64,000 nucleotides of DNA from an uncultured Nitrososphaeria archaeon (GTDB lineage: Archaea > Thermoproteota > Nitrososphaeria_A > Caldarchaeales > Wolframiiraptoraceae), in assembly GCA_964655015.1 (NCBI GenBank), contig CAZZKR010000002.1, positions 11,211-75,210 of the forward strand. Direction: 5' to 3'. The notes under the pieces are model-generated. The model saw only the letters and a list, made by a program, of their open reading frames with translations. It searched no databases and was not told the DNA's origin. Of this stretch, positions 55,412-62,474 are shown one piece after another. How positions within the stretch are numbered: position 1 is the stretch's first letter; each line of letters starts with the position of its first letter. Made by a program: the position numbers and the translations under genes.

Positions 55412-55972
55412 GACTTTGTTTAGAAACTTACCCAAGTTACCGACAATAACATAATCACAATGTGGACATTTCCCATTCCTTGCTTTCAAAGATTCATAAG
55501 ATATGGGCTTCTTGCATCTAGGAGATTTTATGTTTTTCTTTTAGCCATGCTTCTTCCTAATTTTCAGCCAAATCGAGCACCATAAAATTATCCCTATAGC
55601 ACTTAAAACAATTCTCATATCTCCTATTCCAATAATAATATTTCTGAGCGTTACTTCTTCAGAAGATAATTCATTTATGATCTCCCAAGTTTCACTGGTA
55701 TAGAGAATTGCCTCCACTGTAAAGTTAATGAGCATGTAAATAAGTAAGGGAAGTAAAGAACCCAGCAAAGCTCTTGTAAATTTTCTCTTTATTGAGTAAA
55801 CCAAAAGAATAAGAAGAGAAGCAAATACCGAGAGTGAGAATAAATTTCCTTGAACAAAATGTAAGATTCTAAAGTTAGCTTTTTCTAGGGAAACAAATAA
55901 AAAACCTGTTAAAATAAAAGCTAGGAATGAAACTCCTATGGCTAAAGCAACTTTTTTAGCTTCTGGTATTTT
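55412..55972 (-). pseudogene. Decayed membrane-protein gene with an in-frame TAA and a zinc-ribbon-like tail
   Basis: The listed 87-aa ORF (55541-55804) is preceded in frame by 56 open codons (55805-55972) that have no ATG/GTG/TTG start. After its TAA it continues in the same frame as KKNIKSPRCKKPISYESLKARNGKCPHCDYVIV, ending at a TAG at 55409-55411. Confidence 0.35.
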
Positions 55973-56268
55973 TCACTTCACTTTAACCTTTTTATGAAAA
56001 ACTATGCTATAACTAAGATTTGTTTTTGAAATATAACTTTAAATTTTTCAAGTAGGACGATATGCTACTATGATACCCACTGTTCAACCCAACGACTTAG
56101 AAAGCTTATCTTTGGGTTGCATGTAGGTTGCTAAGAAATTAATAAAATTGAGTAGTTAAGCCTATGATTGCCTTTTAATACCTTCCGAGGAGCTTTCCCT
56201 GTTTTAATCGGAGCTATCGAGGCGCTTAAGCTCATTGATGATGGAAGAGACCTTCTAGATAGATTCTT

Positions 56269-56899
56269 ATGAGCAACGAAGTGAGGTGGGTTGATTTGAA
56301 CAGAAAAACCGTCATCATGATCATTCTTGCAGCGGCAATCATGGTTAGCGTATTTTACGCTTGGTACTTTCGACTTTATGGTGCTACAGAGACGTTGAAA
56401 GAAGATTTTGAAAACGGGTTCGATGAATGGGTCGCAAATGCGGATGTGCCACTTGACCCCAACAACTCTGGGCACCTCATCGAATGGAGCATAACACATT
56501 CAAACGACGTCGCTAGCTCCGGCCGATACTCATTAAAGTTTTTCATTGACGGACGGCAGGACGATGGAACAATATGGATAGAGAAAAATAGCTGTACAAA
56601 AAGGCACTCAAATACGAGTTAACATCTTCTTTGACTTCTATAGTGACCATGAAAGCCTCGCAAACACTAGAGCTGTCATATGCGCTTATGCTGGCGTACA
56701 GAAAGCCAGAGCTGAGGAACATTTCACCGTAATTGGAAACGCGAACGAAGTTGAGGGCTGGAAAAGATACAGTTACACGACAAACATAGACACTGGTTCC
56801 AGTGAAGAAATATGGGTCGCGCTAGGCATCTCAGTACGCTGGGAAACTCACATGACGTACTACATCGACAATGTTGAAGTGAGAATCCTTTACCTTTAA
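56269..56899 (+). pseudogene. Frameshifted gene for an N-terminally anchored secreted protein (jelly-roll/CBM-like)
   Basis: ORF 56269-56622 ends shortly after an A5 run (56584-56588). The +1 frame from 56588 stays open to the TAA at 56897-56899 and encodes protein-like sequence (IAVQKGTQIRVNIFFDFYSD...WKRYSYTTNIDTG...THMTYYIDNVEVRILYL). Confidence 0.5.
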
Positions 56900-56907
56900 A
56901 TATATCG

Positions 56908-57129
56908 TTGAAGCTTTCTGCTGGAACTGTAACCCTTTTCGCATTCGATGAAGGACAAGGGTTAAGCGAACACACAGCACCATACAATGCTATGGCATTC
57001 GTACTTGAGGGAGATGTAGAAATAACCATCGGTGGAGAAGGCGAAGTGGTGATACTGCCTGTTAACAAGCCCCGTGCGGTGATAGTAAAAAAGAAATTTA
57101 AAATACTCCTAATAATGATTAGGTCATAA
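56908..57129 (+). CDS. Cupin-domain protein, apparently N-terminally truncated
   Basis: GTVTLFAFDEGQGLSEHTAPYNAMAFVLEGDVEITIGG is the cupin motif-1 region. An in-frame stop lies 33 nt upstream of the TTG start. Motif 2 reads PRA where PHA is usual. Confidence 0.5.
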   Translation: MKLSAGTVTLFAFDEGQGLSEHTAPYNAMAFVLEGDVEITIGGEGEVVILPVNKPRAVIVKKKFKILLIMIRS

Positions 57130-57163
57130 CCTAAACCCAAGAGCTCACAAAATAATGAAATTT

Positions 57164-57358
57164 TTATTGGGAGAAGTTTTGTTTTTCGAAGTTAAGAGTG
57201 TCCATTTCAACAGCGTGGCTTGTTATTTCTAGTGAGCAAGCGTGGTACTCAGAGCAGAATTTTTCGCATTTTTCTGCCCATATTCTCTCCTTATAGGCAA
57301 GACCGCATTCTTCGCAAATATAGAAAGTGAGCCCTTCTTTTTTCACTTCTTTCACCAT
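57164..57358 (-). CDS. Small Cys-rich (zinc-ribbon-like) protein
   Basis: 64 aa with CEECG...CEKFC...HAC. Located downstream of the ferritin-VIT1 gene on the same strand. Confidence 0.45.
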   Translation of the reverse strand: MVKEVKKEGLTFYICEECGLAYKERIWAEKCEKFCSEYHACSLEITSHAVEMDTLNFEKQNFSQ

Positions 57359-57478
57359 GACAGCTAAGCATCCCCCTAATTATGTGAGAAATGACTTCGG
57401 GTATTTGAGGTTTTGGGAGAAACATGCATGTGTTATATCTATGGAAGTTAGCCTTCCATCTTCAGCTAATGTTTTCTA

Positions 57479-58375
57479 TTAATCTATTTCTATGTTTAAG
57501 AATGTTCTTACGAAAAATCCTATGACAAACGTCAAGCCCGCTATTCCCAGGCTGATTAACGTCATTTCTAGAAACCTCCTTCTAAAGGGTACATCTTTTG
57601 CAACTGATATGTAGAATGTGAATAAGAAGATAACGATGATTGCGTTCACTATTGTCAAGCTTAGGCAAGCATACACATTCGTGAGAATCAAGTATGGTGC
57701 TATCAAAAACAGAACTGCAATGATATAAGCGATGCCGGTGTATGCCGCAGCCTTAAAGGGATTTTTGTTACCCCCCTCCGATTTGGTCGATAAGTATTCT
57801 GATGTGGCCATCGACAGCGACGCTGCAACTCCCGTAATCAGCCCAGTCATCGCGACAATGCGTGTGTTTTGAAGGGCAAAAGTATAGCCTGCTAAGGCAC
57901 CAGTAAGCTCCACAAGCGCATCGTTCAAGCCTAAAACCATGGATCCAACATACCTCAACTTTTCCTCGTCAATTAGATTTGTAAGTTGATTTTCATGTTC
58001 ATCCTCGTCTTCTATAATGTCTTTGGCGTCGGGCACAAACTCGGATATTTTTTCATAAATTGCTTGAGCCTTCTCTTCGCCTTTTTCCATAAGCTTTATT
58101 CCAAAAGTTATCCCAAAAATTTTTGATATCAAAAAATATTTCCATACCCTCAGGTTGTTCGGCTTTACATCCTTGTGAGTGTGTTCTCTCCAAAAATTGT
58201 AATGTCTTAATTCATCATCTGAAATACGCTTTAAAACTTCCCTATTTTGCGGGTCTTTTACTGACCGTGCCAAGCGCTCATAGATGAAATGTTCCGTAAT
58301 CTCGTCTCTTTGAGCATTTATTATGAGCTTTTCAACTTCTTTATCCAGCATCTTTATTATAGTAGTAGGTCTCAA
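57479..58375 (-). CDS. Ferritin/rubrerythrin-like domain fused to a VIT1/CCC1 iron transporter domain
   Basis: N-terminal di-iron four-helix motifs (EITEHFIYERLA, DELRHYNFW, EDEDEHENQL). The C-terminal part has 5 TM helices with GLNDALVELTGALAG, typical of the VIT1 family. Confidence 0.8.
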   Translation of the reverse strand: MRPTTIIKMLDKEVEKLIINAQRDEITEHFIYERLARSVKDPQNREVLKRISDDELRHYNFWREHTHKDVKPNNLRVWKYFLISKIFGITFGIKLMEKGEEKAQAIYEKISEFVPDAKDIIEDEDEHENQLTNLIDEEKLRYVGSMVLGLNDALVELTGALAGYTFALQNTRIVAMTGLITGVAASLSMATSEYLSTKSEGGNKNPFKAAAYTGIAYIIAVLFLIAPYLILTNVYACLSLTIVNAIIVIFLFTFYISVAKDVPFRRRFLEMTLISLGIAGLTFVIGFFVRTFLNIEID

Positions 58376-58421
58376 TCATCTAATAAAGATGTTGTCCCTT
58401 AATTTTTTGGATGGTTAAAGG

Positions 58422-60365
58422 TTACTTTGCCGTTAATTGTGTCAGAATGTGTTTTAGGGAAGCTGTTGCTACGCAGACGTACAGGTCTGCGGCGCCATAG
58501 TACATGTATATTGTGTCACCTCTAACCACCGCGCCGCATGGGAACACCACGTTTCTTACGTAGCCTTCCCTTTCGTAGCTTGTGAGGGGTTCAAGTAGGT
58601 AGCCGGTGGTTCTAGCGATGACGTTTTCAGGGTTTTTTGCGTCAAGCAGGGCCGCTCCAACCCTGTATACGTTGTCTGCTGAAACTCCGTGATAGAATAG
58701 AAGCCAACCACACTCTGTTTTTATGGGCGGTGTTGCCAATCCAACTTTTTTACCGTCCCACATGCCAATCCTAGGCCTTATAAGTTTGAAACTCAAAAGC
58801 TTGTTGGGGTCTATCGAATCCAAGGAGCTTATGTAATCGTACACTATGTTTATGCCTCCTGTCCTGTGAATGAATATGTATTTGCCGTTTATTTGTTCTG
58901 GAATTATGCAGGCGTTCTTGTCGTCGATGCCCGGAGGCGAAATTATCTTGGGTTTTTCCCAGTTCCACTCGTAGGCTAGAAAGTCGTCCACTTTGATGGA
59001 TGTAAGAGCCACCTTTGGTGGATTGACATTGTCGTAGGCCGTATAGAACATGTACAACTTATCCCCAATTCTTACTATTCTCGGGTCCTCGCAACCTGAA
59101 TGACCCGGTGTCAGCTTCATTTCATAGGCTTCTCTTGGAACGTATATCGGCTTGTCTAATCTTTCAACGATACTGAAACCATCTTTTGTGACGGCTAACC
59201 CTATGGTTGAAGTTTTATCAGTAGACAGAGCTCTATAGAGAATGTATATTTTTCCTTCAAGCTCTATGGTCGCAGGATTGAAGGTTGCAAGACTTTCCCA
59301 ATCATGTGCTGGATTAGGCTTAATTATCGGGTTTTGAGGATATCTGGTGAACGCTGGCATAGCCTTAGCCTTCATAACATCCATAATCTCCTTCACTTTA
59401 ACTGTTGCCAAGCAGCATGTAGTGTCGGCTGCACCATAATATATTTTCAGTTTACCATCCTCGAGCAGTGCTGACGTTGGAAAAACAACCCTCGGCACAT
59501 GTCCATAATATTCGTAGAACTCCTCAGCCACCATGAAGGGGTAGTCCGTTTTTGCCAAGACCTTCCTTGGATCTTTTAGGTCAAGCAAAAGCGCTTCAAT
59601 ACCGAAGACACGGCTTTCAACATCATGTAGGAAGTAGTTTTGAATGTACGAGTATATGAGCAGCCAGCCATCCTTCAGCTTTATCGGCGGGGCTCCAACC
59701 TCTATGTGATCTAGCGAACTCCTCCTCGGGTCAGGGGTCAAAACATGTTCCTTAAGGTTTTTGTACCAATCCTCCATCTCGCTGTACCAGAAGGCAGGAT
59801 CATCTCCGAGTTGTGCGATCCCAATGTAGGCTGGAGGTCTGTCTGTATTAACTGTTAAGACGGCGGTGAGTTTTCCACCTATGCGCTCTGGAAAGAGTGC
59901 CATGGCCTTAGCGTTAAAGGGTGTGACCAAGTATTTGTTCTCAATGGTTTTCAAATCCCTGCTGATAGCAACACCAACCCTGATTCCCTCAGCCCGAGGA
60001 GGCATGGTAGATATAGCCGTGTAGAAAATGTAATATTTCCCATCAATGTACGTTACCCTAGGATCCTCGCATCCAAACCTTTCCCAATCCTCTTCTGGAA
60101 ATATGAACCTCCTCCTATCTGAAAAGTTCACACCATCCCTACTTTTTGCTATGCCTATAGAGCTGAAGCTCGAACCTTGCTTCTTAAGCAGGTCCGAGGA
60201 CGATATGGCCCTGTAAAGCATGTAGTAAGTTTTGCCACTCTTAATCACGCTCGGATTGAAAACGGCGTAAGCCTCCCAAGCCCTTTCACGGGTGGGAGAC
60301 AAGATAGGGTTGTGCTCGTACCTCTCCATAATTCTCACACCCAACAATTGTTTAGAGATAAACAA
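58422..60365 (-). CDS. Tandem double GH130/DUF377 (beta-propeller glycoside phosphorylase/hydrolase-like) protein
   Basis: Two complete repeats, each with NPIL/NPII...FNP...YRA...GCEDPR...PPIK..GWLL.Y...YYGAAD. The true start is probably MERYEHNPIL (ATG at 60329). Confidence 0.75.
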   Translation of the reverse strand: MFISKQLLGVRIMERYEHNPILSPTRERAWEAYAVFNPSVIKSGKTYYMLYRAISSSDLLKKQGSSFSSIGIAKSRDGVNFSDRRRFIFPEEDWERFGCEDPRVTYIDGKYYIFYTAISTMPPRAEGIRVGVAISRDLKTIENKYLVTPFNAKAMALFPERIGGKLTAVLTVNTDRPPAYIGIAQLGDDPAFWYSEMEDWYKNLKEHVLTPDPRRSSLDHIEVGAPPIKLKDGWLLIYSYIQNYFLHDVESRVFGIEALLLDLKDPRKVLAKTDYPFMVAEEFYEYYGHVPRVVFPTSALLEDGKLKIYYGAADTTCCLATVKVKEIMDVMKAKAMPAFTRYPQNPIIKPNPAHDWESLATFNPATIELEGKIYILYRALSTDKTSTIGLAVTKDGFSIVERLDKPIYVPREAYEMKLTPGHSGCEDPRIVRIGDKLYMFYTAYDNVNPPKVALTSIKVDDFLAYEWNWEKPKIISPPGIDDKNACIIPEQINGKYIFIHRTGGINIVYDYISSLDSIDPNKLLSFKLIRPRIGMWDGKKVGLATPPIKTECGWLLFYHGVSADNVYRVGAALLDAKNPENVIARTTGYLLEPLTSYEREGYVRNVVFPCGAVVRGDTIYMYYGAADLYVCVATASLKHILTQLTAK

Positions 60366-60419
60366 ATATAAACAGTTCTAAAACATTTATTATGTTGCAC
60401 TTTTATAATATATTGTTAT

Positions 60420-61418
60420 ATGGCTTTGCTTGAGAAGTACTGGGGCAATCCGATAATCTCCCCTGAACCCAGCCATCTTTGGGAGTCCTTCCAAACATTT
60501 AATGCTGGGGCAATCCTGCTAAACGGCAAGATTCATCTGTTATACAGGGCTGTTGGTGACGATTGGGTTTCAAGGTTTGGATACGCTTCCTCAGAAGACG
60601 GGTTTAAGATGGATGAGAGGCTTCCAACACCTGTTTACGAGAGAGCCTTTACCATGGGACCGTTCACGTCTTTTTCACCTTCAGGTGGCGGCTACTATGG
60701 TTGCGAAGACCCTAGGCTTGTAGAGCTCGAAGGTAGAATTTACATGACTTATAACGCATTTGGTCCACAAGAATTGAGGGTTGGCTTAACGTCCATCTCC
60801 GTCGAAGATTTTTTGAACAAAAGATGGAGATGGAGCAACGAGAAACTCATCACCCCTCCAAACGAGGTCCATAAGAACTTCGCAATCTTTCCAGAAAGGA
60901 TATGCGGTAGAATCGCAATCCTGCACAGCATCTCTCCAGAAATATCAATAGCATATTTTGAGGATCTTGAATTTGCGGAGGGTGAATGGGTGAGAAGCCA
61001 CTACCATCCGACGGCAGTTGCTGGGGGATGGGAGGCTGAAGTAAAGGGATGCGGCCCTCCTCCAATAAAAACTGAAGAGGGCTGGTTGCTATTTTACCAC
61101 GCGATAGATAAGGGAGAACCTTGGAAATACAAGGTAGGGGCGATGATTTTAGATTTGGAAAACCCTGAAAAAGTGCTTTACAGGTCAAAAACACCCGTTC
61201 TTGAACCGGACCAATGGTACGAAAACAGCGGTTACAAACCTGGAGTCGTCTATACGTGCGGGGCTGTCGTAAAAGGTGGAAGGTTAATCCTGTATTATGG
61301 CGCAGCAGACAGCTATGTGTGCGTTGCTCACGCGTGGTTAGATGAATTTCTCTATGCATTAAAGGAGAGGAAGGAAATCCATTATCAAAAGGAAAACATG
61401 GATCCGCATGTGACTTAG
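60420..61418 (+). CDS. GH130/DUF377 family protein (single domain)
   Basis: NPIISP, FNAGAI, YRAVG, GCEDPR, PPIKTEEGWLLFYH and YYGAADSYVCVA. Divergent from the double-domain gene. Confidence 0.8.
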   Translation: MALLEKYWGNPIISPEPSHLWESFQTFNAGAILLNGKIHLLYRAVGDDWVSRFGYASSEDGFKMDERLPTPVYERAFTMGPFTSFSPSGGGYYGCEDPRLVELEGRIYMTYNAFGPQELRVGLTSISVEDFLNKRWRWSNEKLITPPNEVHKNFAIFPERICGRIAILHSISPEISIAYFEDLEFAEGEWVRSHYHPTAVAGGWEAEVKGCGPPPIKTEEGWLLFYHAIDKGEPWKYKVGAMILDLENPEKVLYRSKTPVLEPDQWYENSGYKPGVVYTCGAVVKGGRLILYYGAADSYVCVAHAWLDEFLYALKERKEIHYQKENMDPHVT

Positions 61419-61479
61419 CTCGTGAATGACGCTCCCCTTATGCGTCTAAATTACGAGTTTATCCTCCACAAAATTAAAA

Positions 61480-61493
61480 TACGATTTGTCGTA
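61480..61493. promoter_or_regulatory. Short inverted repeat upstream of the DtxR-FeoA regulator gene
   Basis: TACGA-TTTG-TCGTA lies about 26 nt upstream of the ATG at 61519, next to an AT-rich TATA-like stretch. A weak signal. Confidence 0.2.
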
Positions 61494-61518
61494 AAAATAT
61501 TTTTTGGTGTTCGTATAA

Positions 61519-62193
61519 ATGTCCTCGGTTGAGGAAAAAGTCACCCCTGTAATTGAGGAGTATCTTGAATGCATCTATAGGCTCGAGGAAAAATACGGTG
61601 TAGCCAGAACTAAAGACATCGTTATCATGATGAAAGTAGCTCCGGGTACTGTAACGAATACTGTTAGGTTGCTGAAGAGGAAAGGGCTTGTTACGCATCA
61701 GCCTTACCGTGGCGTTAAGCTTACGGATAAGGGCCGCAGGTTAGCCATTCAGGTGGTAAGGAGGCACAGGCTTTCTGAGTGTTTGCTTGCAGACATCCTT
61801 CACATAGATTGGGAAAAAGTTCACGAACTTGCCTGCAATCTTGAGCACAGCCTAACTGAAGAAATTATTAAGCCTTTGGAGAAGGCTTTGAACCATCCAA
61901 AAAGATGCCCTCACGGAAACCCCATTCCGACGAAATGTGGAGGAATAATTGAGGAGGAATCGGTTCCTTTAACAGAACTTGATGTTGGCGCTCAGGGTGT
62001 TGTTGCGAAAATAGTAGATGAGCATAGAGACGTACTACAGTACTTGGGTAAATTAGGTGTTTTCCCCGGAACCTCCGTAAAAATTTTGGAAAAGAATCCT
62101 GTAGACGATTCAATCACGTTAATGATTGAAGATGCCCGTCACATGCTAAGCCGTCGAATAGCATCTGTCGTCTATGTTAAGCAATCGTGTTGA
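61519..62193 (+). CDS. DtxR/IdeR-family iron-dependent repressor with a C-terminal FeoA/SH3-like domain
   Basis: wHTH (ARTKDIVIMMKVAPGTVTNTVRLLKRKGLV), a metal-binding helix region (RRHRLSECLL...HELACNLEH) and a C-terminal FeoA-like segment (GAQGVVAKIVDE...LGVFPGTSVKILEK). Confidence 0.8.
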   Translation: MSSVEEKVTPVIEEYLECIYRLEEKYGVARTKDIVIMMKVAPGTVTNTVRLLKRKGLVTHQPYRGVKLTDKGRRLAIQVVRRHRLSECLLADILHIDWEKVHELACNLEHSLTEEIIKPLEKALNHPKRCPHGNPIPTKCGGIIEEESVPLTELDVGAQGVVAKIVDEHRDVLQYLGKLGVFPGTSVKILEKNPVDDSITLMIEDARHMLSRRIASVVYVKQSC

Positions 62194-62207
62194 AAATAGT
62201 GATCTAA

Positions 62208-62474
62208 ATGATTAAAAGAACGATTCCGCTAACTGCATTGAAAGCTGGAGAGACGGCGACGATAGTTTCTATAGACGCTTTTTTCGGCAAGGGATGCGGA
62301 AAGAGATGGGGGTTTGAAAAGAGGCTTATGGATATGGGTTTAACGCCTGGCACGAAGGTTACCGTTGTAAAGTCTGCTCCATTCCATGGACCTATTGAAA
62401 TTCTCGTCAGGGGCTCGAGACTTGTACTTGGCAGAGGCGTTGCCGAAAGGGTTCTGGTTGAGGTTGAAGAATGA
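62208..62474 (+). CDS. feoA: Ferrous iron transport protein A
   Basis: 88 aa. LKAGETATIVSI...RLMDMGLTPGTKVTVV is the FeoA SH3-like pattern. The stop overlaps the feoB start. Confidence 0.8.
   Translation: MIKRTIPLTALKAGETATIVSIDAFFGKGCGKRWGFEKRLMDMGLTPGTKVTVVKSAPFHGPIEILVRGSRLVLGRGVAERVLVEVEE

Noticed and set aside
56415-56423. A 9-nt match (CGGGTTCGA) to the att/tRNA-Ala T-arm, considered as a third, distal att copy bounding the older island.
   Set aside because: It is too short, it lies inside a coding region, and the flanks do not match. It is compatible with chance.
56724-57140. 138-aa minus-strand ORF.
   Set aside because: It overlaps the protein-like +1 continuation of the frameshifted gene and the cupin ORF on the opposite strand. 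Its Cys/Ser-rich composition looks like antisense noise.
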